From Camelus dromedarius (lineage: Eukaryota), in the NCBI RefSeq assembly GCF_036321535.1, contig NC_087436.1:17112001-17176000 (forward strand): 64,000 nucleotides of DNA, read 5' to 3'. Position numbers and translations under genes: made by a program. Below the pieces are notes generated by a model. The model did no database searches. It was not told the DNA's origin and worked only from the letters and a program-made list of their open reading frames with translations. Positions 24,608 to 38,059 of the stretch are shown piece by piece (positions within the stretch are counted from its first letter, which is position 1; each line of letters begins with the position of its first letter).

Positions 24608-25160
24608 CTCAAACAAAAAATAAATTCCATTGTGATTTTATGCTAACGTGAACTGAAATGTGATAAACCCTTCTTTCTTTTTTCATTTTCTTGTTCTAAT
24701 TTTAACAGCAACACCTGTTCACATATTCACATATCTCTGGCATCCCATTTAAAGTGCATATGTTACAGATTGAAATTCAGTATAGAATAGAGGAGAAATA
24801 GTTAAGTGACAGAAATTGGAGAGGTATCTTATCATTTATTAAGAAAGTTATACCAGCACCTCAGCTTTCTTTTTTCAATGTAAAACCATGGCTAATGATC
24901 ATAATTTTTTTCCCTAAGATATACCTACTAATTCTGAACAATGCTTAGACAATTCAGTATATTATTGGCTAATAACATGAGTAGAAATATTCTTGATAAT
25001 TTCAAGGTCTATGTGCTAAGGATTTCTATCTTTAAATATATAATTAACCTGCCATATGGAAAATTTTTGTCAGCATGTTGACTGGGTAGAATTGCAATAG
25101 ATTTAATTTTAACTTTTTAAAATGTCCTCCAAAATCTTCTAATGAACATAGGAGATTCAC

Positions 25161-25648
25161 ATTGGCATTTATGTGTTCTGTTTAATAATTCACTGTCAAG
25201 TAGAAAATACTCAGGTTAAAATTTTCCTCTTTATTTCAAATTTACTGCATAGGAAAATTATTGAGGAAAATGCGCTCTCACAGCACTGTAGACTGAAACT
25301 GTCATGCTCCTTTTTCTTTCAAAAGACATAGACAAACCCAGGAATATTCCAGGAACTTTTTACTTATAAAATATCTGAGAATAAGATTTGCTTCAGGATA
25401 TTTATTTGAATTGAGAAAGGACAAAGTTGTGGTCAGTGCTTACTGACTGCTACAGCGCATGTATGTTTCAATGAAAACCTACAGCATCATCTACAAAGAC
25501 GACTTCTGTAGGAGGAAGTCCCTCAGTTTCTGCATTGTCACACTTTTTGACTCTGAGGAGGTGATTCATTCCTTTACATTTCATCTCAGAAAGATGTTCA
25601 AGGGCTCAGGCAGCTATCTTTGTTGATCAGTTGAAATTCACACCATAA
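25161..25648 (-). pseudogene. Two fossil exons (25648-25444; 25244-25161)
   Basis: ctattgcag|LWCEFQLINKD...MQKLRDFLLQK...FIETY|gtaagc. cctatgcag|KFE..RGKF*PEYFL|gtgaat. Confidence 0.55.
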
Positions 25649-26091
25649 CTGCAATAGAAACCAATGATACATGCATTTCACTTGGGGCTTATACGGCTGG
25701 ACGGCACCCTGAGCCCCTCCTCTCAGGCTGTATTCTGGAATATTACAGCGCAGTCTAAGAATGGTACCCATTTCAGTAGAAGCCTGCTAACAAGCTTGAC
25801 CTCAGAATGATCCTGAAATTTACAAGCTAAATAAAATTATTATACTCTAATCCTGGAAATAGTACCAAAACTATAGGGATGAGGCAGAGGAACGAAGACT
25901 ACAGTTTCTTAGAGAATACTAGGCACACAGTCTGGTTTACGTTGTGCTCACAACTGCTGCTATTTGACTTTGGAATTAGTCCATCGCTGAATTTCCATGT
26001 AGGGGGAACCAGAGAGCTCTCTCAGTATAACTGGTAATTTATTCCATTTTACTTCATTCTATATTGTTCAGGCTAGGACTAAAGTAGTACC

Positions 26092-26870
26092 TGAGAGAGG
26101 ATTGTTTTCCTCTTGATGCCACATATATGGTGTTTTCCTGATACGACTTCTCTCAACTTCTGACATTAACTAGGTGTCCAACAATTCAGTTCAATTCAGA
26201 CACTAACTCCCTGGAATTGGTGCAGACTCCATGGCTGAAGGGCTCAGTCCCATAAGTCTGTCCCCACTTCAGAGCCAGTTGGAAGTCTTGGGTCACTTGT
26301 GCTTCTGACCAACTGGCTATAAATGAGGGGCTCCCATGACCCCTTATTCAGGTTCAATAATCTGCCAAAGTGACTACAGAACTCAGGAAGATGGTCCTTA
26401 TATTTAGCAATTTGTTATAAAGAATATAAATTAGCCAGGGGAAGAAGTACATAGGATGACATTCAGAAGGGTTCCCAGCATAGGATCTTCTGGAACTCAG
26501 GTGTGCCACCCTCCCAGCACACAGAGCCCTCCAAACCCTGCCGTGAGGGGGTGGGGTGAGTTTCATGGAGCTTTTCATTAAGTGGACATGATTGATTCCA
26601 TCATTAGCCATTGATGATTAAGTCCATCTCCAGCCTCTCCCCTACCCAGAGGTTGGGGAGCTGGATTTCCAGTTCCAAGTTTCTAATCAAGGATTGGTCT
26701 TTCTGATAACTAGCCCTCATCTTGAAGCTGTTTGGGGACCCAACAAGGGTAACCTCATTAGAACATCAGACAATCCTATCACCCTTATCACTCAGGAAAT
26801 CCCAAGGGTTTTAGCAGCTGGGAACAAAGGAACCAGAGATATAAACCACATAAATTTCTATGATGTCATA
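26092..26870 (-). mobile_element. MER21-like LTR
   Basis: ggtgtccaacaattcagttcaatt..gacact, aagggctcagtccc..ccccacttcaga, acagaactcagg, caggaaatcccaagggttttag. Confidence 0.8.
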
Positions 26871-27694
26871 GATACCCACTTAGAATGGATAAGTCATAGA
26901 TAAAAGAGAGTTCATTGAAATTATGTTGTTTTCTGTATGATTGCTGGTTTTACATCACTAATATTGAATACTGATTTTATATATGGCAGACAACAGAGCA
27001 TCTTTAATGCCAAGGCCTCTGTGCATCAGACATGTTTTCTACCCCCTCAAAATGAGACTAAATGAACGCATTGCCTATGTGTGATTTGGTCAGTTGACAC
27101 CTCTGATATTAGCTACCACCCTCTTTTTTGCCACAAGGCTTTATGTTCACGTCTTCAATTTTCTCCAACTCCCAAAGGCCTCTTCCGTGTCCCCTGGAAC
27201 TATCTTTCCATAGTTATCAGCTTTTCTTCGTACCTCAAATATTTCTCCACCTGCTTTCTTCTCTGTCTGCTTCAATAAAACCCACCTCTGCCCCGAGGAC
27301 CAGCATCTGTGGGTGGAATCTCAAGTAGCAGCAGTTTATCCCCTCGCTTCTCATACACTTTGGTCACAGGTGGTGGGCCTCTTTCAAACCACTAACCTTC
27401 CACTCTATTTAACATTTGTATAAGATGCTTTTCTCTTCTAGCTGTTGCCTTTCTTACTCAGATCAACTCATCCTCATTCATTGTGCACGGGGGCAACCAG
27501 TTGCTCTCTTCTCCAAATAAAATTCCTGTGAGGTTCCAACGTCCACCAAGACTGGTTGTCAACCTACTGAAACTTCCAGTCCACTGACCTTCATTCAGTC
27601 ATGTCATCTCTCCTTCTTCCCTTCTCTGTCTTCCTGCTATGGTCCCTGGGTCTGATAACATTTCCTTATAACTTTAATGCCCTGTTCTTCTTAC

Positions 27695-27959
27695 TTAGTT
27701 TTCTTACGTTTGAGAATTTATTGAAGTCAGGTAATGGTTACATCTCCCTTTTCGATCACATCATGTATGCAACAGTTGCAGGAGAGCTATAGGTTCCTTT
27801 TGCCAAAGACATTTGTCTGATGTTAATACTTTGGCTTTTGATTGTGTGTGTGTGTGTGTGTGTGTGTGCGTGCTTACATTTGCCCACAATATCTTAGACC
27901 CTCCTGAGTTACTCTCAAACTCACTGTCAACACTATAGGATTTTACCCATTGATACAGA
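27695..27959 (-). pseudogene. Two fossil exons flanking a (GT)n microsatellite
   Basis: 27959-27878: MGKI...E*LRRV*DI|gtaagc. 27786-27695: CDRKGRCNHY/PDFNKFS|gtaaga (EF-hand loop plus Y.DF..KFS helix). Confidence 0.6.
27843..27870. repeat. (TG)n microsatellite
   Basis: Direct inspection. Confidence 0.95.
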
Positions 27960-28820
27960 CTACTTGGAAGATACAGGAAAGAGAAGCCCAAAAACTTAGT
28001 ATTTGATCTTGTCCATCAAAGTACTTAGTGATTTCAATATGAAAACAAAATGTATACTGTGATGTATGCTTTTGATACTTACTTTTAAAAGTGAGATGCC
28101 ATTGCCACAGTCTTCTTTACTTTGTTCCCATAAGTTATTCCCTCTAAGAAAAGCTTGAGATCCAGGGATGAATTCCTTCTGTCCTTCATTCCTGAGTCTT
28201 AGTCAGGTAATTAGAAAGAAGTCCTTGGTTAAAATCAATTATCAAATCAAGGGAAAGACTTAGACATTAGACCTGGTTGTGTGGGAAGACATGAGAGCAG
28301 CAGGAATCCAGTCTTGGAGGCAAGGTGCAGTCAAGCAACAGGGCAAGGGCTTAAATCGGGGCCTGGGGACCTTCTATCCACTCCTGTCTACACTGTCCTT
28401 CCCAGTTCTTCCCATGGGCTTCCCCCATCTTCCTTAAATCCCTTTGGGATCCTTCAGATGCAGAAGAAATCCAAACTTACTCCATAAAAAATAGAAATAG
28501 ACAATAAATATAATTTGCTCAACCTCATTGGTAACATAAGTCCTTGGAATAAAAAAGTAAGATGCTTTGGGTGGGTTTTAAACAATGAGGGATGCTTTGG
28601 AAGGAAAATACTTTAATTCCAGTTGAAAACTTAATGTGGCGTATAATACTATGGAGAGATTTTAAGGAAGAAAAGATCCAGATTTCAGGTTTTTAAAAAT
28701 ACCAGAATAACAATATTACAATAACAAAATGCTGTTATTTTGATATTCAATAAGACCTCAGTATTCTAGCGTAATGGAATGCCAGAAGAGAGCATCACCT
28801 CACTTGTTACTGTCCCATAC

Positions 28821-29062
28821 CTGGACAGTAGAGGAGAATTTATCCCCAAACAGATTTAAATAATCTGGTCTGTTTAACAGTGTCTGTACGTACTGTCACA
28901 ATGTCAGAATATGAAGCATCATTTACCAGTGCGTTTTTGGTCACCCCACTCTGATTTTACCTTATAGCTCTCAAAGGATAAACAGTAGTGTTTCAAGATT
29001 ATTGCAATAAATGTATTGAAGTTGAATGACACACGATCTTCTTCGTGGATATCTCTTGAAAT
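28821..29062 (-). pseudogene. Two fossil exons
   Basis: FKRYPRRRSCVIQL/IILKHYCL|gtaaaa. LLNRPDYLNLFGDKFSSTVQ|gtatgg. Confidence 0.5.
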
Positions 29063-29099
29063 GTTTAATTATAGCAAAAAAAAAAGCGATCTTGTTTAA

Positions 29100-32000
29100 T
29101 CAAGATCTTTAATAAAAGGCAACACATGTTTATACCAACTAGAGCTGTAAAAATAAACATGTGGCACACAGAAAAGAGAATCACAGGATGAAACTCAAAT
29201 TTAATATGCACAAGAAAGGAAAAGGTTCTCAAGCATGCAAGAACGTGTGTATCTAGGACACACACATAGTAATTTTAAAAGATTTTTTGACAAGCCACAA
29301 AACCCTGCCAAAACTGAAAGGGTCAGATACCAGGACAATAGCTCAAATCTGGGAAAAAAGAGGATTTGCCCTAAAAGGATCGAGATTAACTTTTCTTCAG
29401 ACTAGCAGAGTTGGGAGGAGTGCTCCAAGTCAGAAATGGTTGGCTGCTATTTAAACTGTTCTGAAACACAAAGAAAGAAAGTAAATTTCCCATGTCTCTG
29501 TCTGAGGCCCATACTGCTGATGTCCAAAAAATACCAAAAAGAAAACTAAGGACCAATCTCACTCAGAAATATTGATGCAAATTCTAAATAAAATATCAGC
29601 AAATAGAATTCAGCAGCTCATTAAAAGAATAATTCACCATGGCCAATTGGGATTCAACCCAGAAATCCAAACTGATTCAACGTTTTAAGAGGCATTAATA
29701 ATATTCAGCATATTAATGAGTTAAAGGAGGAAAAAACAAATGAGGGTTTCAACATATGCTGATATGACATTTGAAAAATTTCATTACCCACTCCTGATTC
29801 AAGAAGAAAAGGTCTTAGAGAAATAGGAATAGAAATTTCCCTCACGTGAGAAAATGTGTATGCCAACTAGAGAGTCAAGAAGAGGGAAGCACTTGAAGTA
29901 TTACAGTTGAAGTCAGAAGTGTAACAGGGGTGCCCGCTATTATTGTGAGTGTTTAAAACTAGTGAAGAAACATGTGAAATGGTGCAGATTTCTTCCATTT
30001 ATTCCACAAGTATTGATTGAGAGCCCACTGTAAGCCATAGAATAATGTTAGAATTCACAGTCAGCCCTCCGTGTCCACGAGATCCGCACCACAGATTCAA
30101 CCAAGCTCCAAGGGAAAATATTAGGGAGAACAGTTTCTGGAAGTTCCCCAAAGCAAAACTTGAATTTGTGGCATGCCAGCAACTATTCATATAGCATTTA
30201 CATTGTATTTACAACTACTTATATAGCATTTACATTGTATTCGGTATTATAAGTAACCTGGAGGTGATTTTAAGTATCTGGGAGGATGTGCATCAATTAT
30301 ATGCAAACACTATGTCGTTTTACATAAAGAACTTGAGCATCTGTGGGTTTTGGTATCTGTGGGCATCCTGGGATCAATCAGTCATCTGTGGATACTGAGC
30401 AACTATGGGCTGGTTGTACCCTTGAAGCTTATATTCAAGTAGGGCAGATTATTTGCAGATTGTATTATGACTGCATGCATGGAAGGGATTAAAAATACTA
30501 TCAGGCAAAAATACTGTGCATTTTTAAAATTTAGTTGGATACTAGTTAAAAATTACCACACAAATGCCTACAAGCAGTCAGCAAAGAGGATTAAATAAAA
30601 ATATTCCAGTTGTTTATTCCAGTTAAGAAACAACAAAATTACCTACGGATATAGAAAAAACTGCATAGCACCTCTTGTAAGCACATGATAAGCCACAAGT
30701 GTGAGAAATAATGTTTTTTAAAAGCAGAGACAACTCTTGTTTTCGTATAGGAAGATTCAATACTGTAATGATACAAATTCTTCTTAAATTAATCTATAAA
30801 GTGAATAAAATCCCAATGTGAATCACAACTCAGCTTTTTTTAAACTTCATGAATTTCATCTAAAAGTATAAGTATCTGAGACGTGGAAGGAAAATGCTGG
30901 AAAGGAAGAATAATCGGGAGGAAATATCCATGTCGGATTTTAAATTGTTTTCGTAAAGCTACCACATTTAAAATCGTGTGGTAACAGAAAGAGAACAGAT
31001 AATCCCATGTTGCAGAGTAATCAACAAACTGATTAAAACCTTTACTGGCATTCGCTGTGTGATAAAGGTGGCATTGCAAATCCCCAGGAAAATAATTATT
31101 CAGTTGCTGATGTTTTGTACAGTGACAAAGCCATTTAAAAAAGTAATAATACAATTGGAGCCCTACTTCAAAATTAACATCAGGATGAATTCTGGGTGAG
31201 TTAAAGGTTTAAGGGTTCTTTAAAAATTAGTAGAAATATTGAGATGAGATGCAACTGATTATTATGATACTCTTGAATTAGGGAAGAATCTCCCAAGCCT
31301 GAGGAAAAAAAATCTAGAAATCATAAAGAAGAGAACAGATTTATTTTTACTACATCCCAATTTAAAACTTCTGCATGAATCAAGAAACTCCAGAAATATT
31401 AATAACAAAATGTACTCACAGCATATAGCACATGAAGTGAGCATAATATCCTTCAAATAAAAGGAGCTGTTGCATATCGATACGATAAAGAAAACTTTTC
31501 TTAAGTGAGGAAAGGCTCTATGTACAGGCAACTCATGGAGCAAGAGATACAAATACCCAACATCCAATATGTTCAATTTCACTGAACAAATAAGAGTTAA
31601 AACAACAAGGAGACGTGACTGTTTATCTGTCTGGTTGGTAAAAGACAGAATGGTTGGCACTCTGTAGTCTGGAAGAGTAAAGGAACTGGACACTCAGAGT
31701 ACTGCTTGGATTGGATTATAAATGAGTTCAATATAACCTTTTTGGGAGCAATTTGTCAACATATGTTAATATTTTAATTGCCAGCGCCCCTTTAAATATA
31801 AATTACAATTTTAAGAATAAGTGTATAAGGGAAAACAGTATATGATGCACATTGGGTGTGGAGGCACAGTGTTTGTGTTCTTTTTTTAAGAAGAAATGCA
31901 GAAATTTGGAGCAACCTAAATTTTCATCTTTAGGGATTGGTTAAATAAATTTTGCTACAACGCACATACTAGAATATTATGCAGTGGTTAAAAATAGTGA

Positions 32001-32330
32001 AGTAGATTTACATATTCCGTTTTGGAAAAGGTCCATGGTAAATTGCTAAATGAAAAGTCCTTAGGATATCGTCTATTGTATAATCTAGCTACTGTAATTC
32101 AGTTTGATAGGGGATGTTTATTTGTAAATTCACAGAGACATTTACAAAAGGCTATCCATCAGATTGTTAACAGTTCTTATCTCTAGAGAATTGAATTCAG
32201 AAGAAGAGAGCAGAGTGGGAAAAGGAGGGCAGCATATTACATCCTCATGTATTGCCTTAAATTTCTTTTACCTGGGGAGCATGCATTACTTTTATAATCT
32301 ATAAGAATTTAGAGTTCTTTGCTCAAAATA
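29100..32330 (+). mobile_element. Old L1 (L1M/L1ME) ORF2 to 3' UTR fragments
   Basis: gaccaatctcactc..aatattgatgcaaa, ataggaagattcaatactgtaa, gcaacctaaa..tagggattggttaaataaa. Confidence 0.8.
30058..30405 (-). mobile_element. MER2-like TcMar-Tigger element nested in L1
   Basis: cagtcagccctccgt..., atagcatttacattgtatt (twice), gggaggatgtgcat, acttgagcatctgtgggttttggtatc, ggatactgag terminal repeat. Confidence 0.85.
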
Positions 32331-32637
32331 AATCTGAAAATAGCTCTCTGTGTTTTCCATGTTTTCTGATTCTCTTTGAGAAAAAGTTCTTTTATTTATA
32401 CTGGCATGCTGGATTTCTAGCCAAAGTTAACTTTAGGAGCAAGTTAATAATCTCAGTTTTGAATTATTTATATGCACTTTGAAGCTCTAAGGCAGAGAGG
32501 GCAGCTCCGTATTTTCCTCCCCTTTAGATCATAATCCTTGCTCTGCCACCACGGCCTTCTCCATATTGATGAGGTGCAGAGAGCAGAAAGAATGTTTGAT
32601 TTCAGGTGGAGGGTGTGCCCTGCCCTCTTATCTGTCA

Positions 32638-33055
32638 CCTTCCACATGGTCATCACGAAGAGCAGTGGAACTGAATTCCGCTGACAACCGTTTAGCCACT
32701 CCAAGACTTCACAGCGACGGAGCCTAGAAAAGCACATTTACAGATATTGGTAGGATGGATTCGCGATTACAAATTTGGCCTGGGTCCAAGGATACACTTC
32801 ACCTCCAACCCATCTCTCCCCATCCACCTGGTAAGTTGGTTTGGTCCTTGGGGAAATCAGGGATTTGATTCTAAGTCCTTAAGAGGAACTTGTCTGGTCC
32901 TGGTTCCTACTAGGTCTTGAAGTCCATTTTGTGTCTAGTGTAAACCAAGAAACGGGTTTGTTGCAAGAAAGGAATACAGGATTGATTCTGGCCGGTTCCC
33001 ACGGAGTTCGCGCCCACGGGTTCGTACGAATCCAGTCGCATAAAGTGATCCTAGC
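32638..33055 (-). pseudogene. Fossil exon cluster (TGFV..RELR..ESILYSFL; LDPGQ)
   Basis: ORF 32935-33141 contains ATGFVRTRGRELRGNRPESILYSFL. 32827-32742 reads WGEM...SLDPGQICNRESIL. Confidence 0.55.
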
Positions 33056-33282
33056 TTCCCTGCTGCTCCCCTGACTCTCAAGCAGCACCCCAGACCAGCA
33101 GTGCAGCCAGGCCAGGCCCAGAGTCTCTGAGCGCCCTGCAAACGAGGGTCCCTCTACTTGTATCCACTGTGCTTAACCGTACCAGCCTGAGGACCGGTAG
33201 CTCTGTGATTCACTATTTTCCAGAAATAGAAATGTGGCTCTAATGTCCCAGGCTTGTTTTGTCCGTGTGCTGAGAGACTCAC

Positions 33283-33439
33283 AGAATAAAGCAGTTTTTA
33301 ATGTTTTCTAAAGATTCTCATTGTTCATTCATCACGATCCTGTCAAATGTTTGGCACACGAGTTGACCGAAAATCTGGCAGGTGTGAATGGCATTGGTTT
33401 GATTTATTTCCCCTCTAATCCTTTGCTGGAGCTTGGATC
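33283..33439 (-). pseudogene. Fossil exon ...FDRIVMNEQ*ESLENIKNCFIL
   Basis: ttcttacag acceptor, tct|gtgagt donor, 157 nt, one frame with a single stop. Ends in an EF-hand entry helix. Confidence 0.65.
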
Positions 33440-33779
33440 CTGTAAGAATCATTACACTATATCTCACATGTTCCCTGTATTTCAAAAAATCATTCTTCTA
33501 GAGTGACCAAGTCCTTCCAAGGCTGGGGGGAAAAAAAACAGTCAAGACTGTACTTCGAACATGATCAGGAAACAATAAAGACACTGGCAGAAAGCAGGAG
33601 AACTGAAGAGACTTTACCAAGCACGGCTTAGCATTTTGCCTCGCATGTTCTGCCTGTTTTTAGTTTTGGAAACTAACCCACTGGTGGAATTGTGTGCTTC
33701 CAGGATGAAAGAGGAAAGACACACAGGCAGGAAGGAACAAATTCTATTTTAGCCCCACACTTTGTTATTGTGGTCGCAC

Positions 33780-34057
33780 AACGGATGCCCGGCTCTACAT
33801 CAACACTTTTCTAGCTCCTGATAAGCTTTTAAATATTGCAAGGATGCTTGAGATTTTGTCATTTGGTTCCTGAGAGCCGGAAGCTGTAGGGAGCTAGCAG
33901 GAAACATCTTCCTGATCAAATTTCCCTTTTTTCCTCCATTTTCTTACCCGAAACCCTTAACAGTTTGTTTTAGTGCAGAGATCATTCGATGGATTTCTCT
34001 TGAAGAAAGAATCACGTGGCAAAGGCTTGTAAGTTTTCTTTCTGATTTCTGAAGATC
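33780..34057 (-). pseudogene. Two fossil exons
   Basis: 34057-33948: ttttccag...cgg|gtaaga, open frame. 33869 onward: EPNDKIS/LQYLKAYQE. Confidence 0.55.
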
Positions 34058-34186
34058 CTGGAAAACCCTCAAACTGGGGAATGTTTATGCTGAGACAAAA
34101 ACTACCAGGAAACAACAGTCCTGTTCTAAAAGGAGAGTAATAATATTAAAAGATTAAGAAGCATGACCACAAGGTTTCCGAAGGGA

Positions 34187-34566
34187 TGTATTTGTCTGCT
34201 TGGGCTGCCAGTACAAAATTGCTTAAACAATGAAATTTATTATCTCACAGTTCTGGAGGCCAGAGTCCAAGGACAAGGCGTCAGGAGGTTTGGTTTGTGT
34301 CGAGGCTGCTCTCCTTGACTTCTAGACGGCTGTCTTCTTGCTGCGTCTTCACATACTCTTCCCTCTGTTCAAGGACTTCCCTGGAGTCGCCTCCTTTTCT
34401 TATAAGGACAGCTGTCATATTGGATTAGGGCTTCACCCGAGAGGAAAGTTATTTTAACTTAATCACCCCTTTAGAGACCGTATCTCCAAATATGGTTACG
34501 TTGAGGTGCTGAGCATTGAGACTTCAACATATGAATTGAGGGGAAGGGAACAGTTCAGCCCATCAC
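34187..34566 (-). mobile_element. MaLR LTR (MLT1A/B-like)
   Basis: tgtatt..gggctgcc, tctcacagttctggaggc, tataaggaca, acttcaacatatgaatt..ttcagcccatcac. Confidence 0.9.
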
Positions 34567-35559
34567 TGGGGGAGAGGATGTGTTCCACAAAATTATACGT
34601 ATATACATAAATAGAAGGAATTCACGGTGAGGTACAGCAATGCTCACAGGCACTAAAGAGACACTAATGACTGATTAGAGCTGGTGACTCGTACAAGGAA
34701 ACTCCTTGGTTTTTTCCATCTTAATATTGGCTCTTCTGCTAACTATGATCCTGGGAATCTGCTTGGAGTCAGACCAGACCCTTCTCTGTGAAGCAGGATA
34801 AAATTGGCCACTGAGCCATCATGCGAGGATGAAATAAAATGTATAGGGGTGTTTTTGGTTGGTTTGTTTTTGATGAAATCTATAAATGTAAAGCTTTTTT
34901 CTAACCAGGGTGTCTCTGAAGAAATTCGTTGGTGGAGGTGAGTGTTGATGAGCATTTTGAAGAGAGGAGAAAGATAGCAGAAGAAAGAACACATTTTCCC
35001 TGGAAGGGTGGTCCATGTATAGAAGGCAAATGTTTTCTGAGTCAGGGGCAGTTAGGAGACCTGGTTATTTGGATTGGACAGCTCAGAGCACAGAGTGAAA
35101 GGTACACTATCTCTTCCTCAGACCTTGCAGTCTTAATTTTTTTTGTTTTTTGTTTTTGTTACTTTGGAGAACTGGATAATGAAGTAGCTGCTCCATGGCC
35201 TAGTCCCTCCCACACAGTTCACTGTGCTAAGTTTTCACATGCATAGAAGGGCGAAAACATCTGCTTAGATGATTCATAGAGAGCCAATGAAATAACAGAG
35301 AAAGTTCTTTGAAATAGTTAAAAAGAAACCATCCAGTTGGAAAGTAATATTCTGTAACATACTAGTTTTTAATCTAACATCATGCATACAATAGGAGCTT
35401 AATAAATTGTCTGTTAACTGAAAATGTTAGTCTAAACAAAACACTAAATTTTTAAGGAGAATGCAATTCCAAGATGATACTTTTGGAATTCAGTTTTCAG
35501 TGTTGTATAGGAAGGAGAAGTGAAAACGTGCTCCAAATAGCGCCAGTCCAAATATTGTG

Positions 35560-35735
35560 AGCACGGAGGGGGAAATGATGACATATTCTGAAAATCGGTG
35601 ACATCAGCAGATAAGTACAGAAAGGAAGAAAGTTAAACAAACTGGCCAGTCTTGCAGTGTCGAAGGCAAGTTTCTTCCTAACAGAATTAAAAAGTGTGTT
35701 TTTACAAGCTTGTTTTTTCAAATGCTTATGCAATG
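35560..35735 (-). pseudogene. Fossil exon LKKQ..TLFNSVRKKLAFDT/KTGQFV
   Basis: Part of ORF 35497-35733. AFDT followed by KTG.FV in the shifted frame gives an EF-hand loop. Confidence 0.6.
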
Positions 35736-36094
35736 CATAATAAATCGCTTTGTCTGCAAGATTGTTCTATAGAATAATAATCTTTTCTCTTAGAACTTTC
35801 ATGGAATTCTGCCCAAGTTTTCTTTTTCTCAATTTCACTCTCCATTTCTCCTAGTTATATCCTATATAACCACACAATGGAGATCGCAGTGCTCTTTATA
35901 AGTTTTAGCACTCAGCTTTTTCCATTTCTCCCTGTCACCACCCACAGAAGTCTCCTTTCTTGTATATTTAGGTATTTTACCAAACATTTTCTTTTTTCTT
36001 CTTCCATACCTTTATCATCTCTTTCTTGAACTGAAAACTGACATGGAGTAGATTTCTGGATCTCATAAAGTGGAAATCGATTATCAAATTGGCT

Positions 36095-36660
36095 ATATTA
36101 TTCTCTTTTCTATAAACGTACCATCCCCAGGTTACTTGGCAGTTCTTCCTATCAAGAGATGGACTCTATAATGAAAAAGACTATGAAAACGAATATGTGT
36201 ATGTTCATGTATGACTGAAACATTATGCCATATGCCAGAAATTGACACAACATTGTAAACTGACTACACTTCAGTTTTTTTTTTTTTTTTTAATCTTGTT
36301 AAGAAAAAAGAGAGATGGGCTCTACTCTCCTAAACTTTCAGTCTGGGTTGGCCATGTGACTTGCTTTGGCCAATAGAATGTGGCAGAAGTGACAGTCTGC
36401 AAATTCCAAGTCCAGGCCTCAAGAGAGTCTTGATTCTCTGCTCTGTTGCAAAATTCTGACCAGCCAATGTGTGGGCTGGCTTGCTAGAGGATAAGACTTT
36501 GTGTTGCAGAAATGAGTCCTCCCAGCAGACTGTAGGCGCATAAGGCAGCTGAGCCCAGAAGACCCAGCCAGTTGAGCTTGGCCAAATTGCTGGCCTGCAG
36601 AATCACAAGCTAAATAAATACATTTTGAAGTGGTTTCTTACACAGCAAAAGCTAACTATT
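36095..36660 (+). mobile_element. MaLR LTR (MLT1F/G/H-like) with a young L1 tail inserted
   Basis: ggccatgtgacttgctttggccaatagaatgtggcagaagtgac; ends acacagcaaaagctaact. Confidence 0.8.
36170..36310 (+). mobile_element. Young camelid L1 tail with TSD
   Basis: atgaaaacgaatatgtgtatgttcatgtatgactgaaacattatg..ccagaaattgacacaacattgtaaactgact; TSD agagatgg(a/g)ctcta. Confidence 0.85.
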
Positions 36661-37619
36661 AAAATGGGTGACTATGGGAAATATTTGTAGCAGTTTGATG
36701 CAATTTGTACAACAGTGTATTACTGAATAAAGGTTGGGAAATAAAAGTCTCTCCAGGACATATCAAACTTTAATTTCATAATAGTGTAACATTCAGATAT
36801 ATTCTTTTTTATTGAAGTATATTCAGTTACAATGTGTCAGTTTCCTCTTTATCAATGACATGGAACATCCCAATATTCTTAAATATGACAAAGTAAAAAA
36901 TCAGGAAAGTGTACTATTTTTATTTCACTACGTTCTTCCTAACATCTCCTGTGAATTCAAATATGAAGAGGATCTTGTAGTGGACAGAATCCAAAAAGTG
37001 TTAATTGTCTTGATGCTGTCAAGGAGAGGACGTTGGCTTGGTGCCACTGCTGCTTTGGGGTCATAGCCAACCTGGGAATGAACAGCTGTTCTTATTCAGA
37101 AAAATTCAGACAATATTTGGGAAGACATAATTCAGGGAAAAAAATTACAGGGAAAAATTGGGAAAAAAGCAAACTAAATCAGAATAGCATTTTTAGACTT
37201 TAAAAATATCTAATGATTCTGGAATTGTTTAATATACTTTCCACTATAGCTGGGAATTGGTGAGACAGGGAAAGCAGGATTTGGAATGTCCCTAGCAAGG
37301 CATTTGGGAGGGAAAATTACATAGTGAAAGAATACAGGTTCTGGGATTGAGAGAAGTAGATTCTAGTTTTGGCTAAGACAAGAATTTTCTTGTATTCTCC
37401 TACATACAGAAACAAACAATATTTCAGTTCTGTTTTTAAATCTATAACACACACCATTTTAATACATATTAATGATATATGAAGATTCATTGATAGAGAC
37501 AATTTCATATTGAGTATTTCTTTCTCCCACTCTCTTATTCTATAAAAATTCTATAGGCATTCTCCTATTCTTAAAGCCTGATCTGAGATCCCAGGGGCCC
37601 AAAAGACCAGAACAACTAT

Positions 37620-37919
37620 AAAAAATCCAGCTGACTTCCATTAAGCTAGACATGAAAACATTTGAAAATATTTTAAACAATTTTGCTATTCTATTTTATT
37701 TAATTTGGAAAATAGTTTTAATTAAAAATGCTATATTTGTTAATGTAATGAGTTTGGTATTGTTATTTTAAAATGAGTTAGTAAATATATTTCTTCTGAT
37801 TCAATTTCTAATATTGTAAATGGTGATATGTATAACCCACATAAATGAAAATCTTTTACATTTTAATAATTTTTAAGAACTTAAATGGAAATGGAGACAA
37901 AAAGCATTGAGAACCACTG
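37620..37919 (+). mobile_element. Charlie1-like hAT terminal fragment
   Basis: tataacccacataaa..aataatttttaaga..gagac aaaaag..ttgagaaccactg terminus. Confidence 0.75.
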
Positions 37920-38059
37920 CTGTTCAGAAAGTTGAATCAGATATTATTATACCCATTTAACAGATAGAGAAGAGTTAATGAATTCTCTTGATAAAGTGAT
38001 TTATTAGATAACCCAGTATGAACAACTTCTAACTCAAACTTCTTTTCACATTTTAAGTT

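Noticed and set aside
31262..31693. 143-aa minus ORF
   Set aside because: Antisense to a degraded L1 ORF2/3' region.
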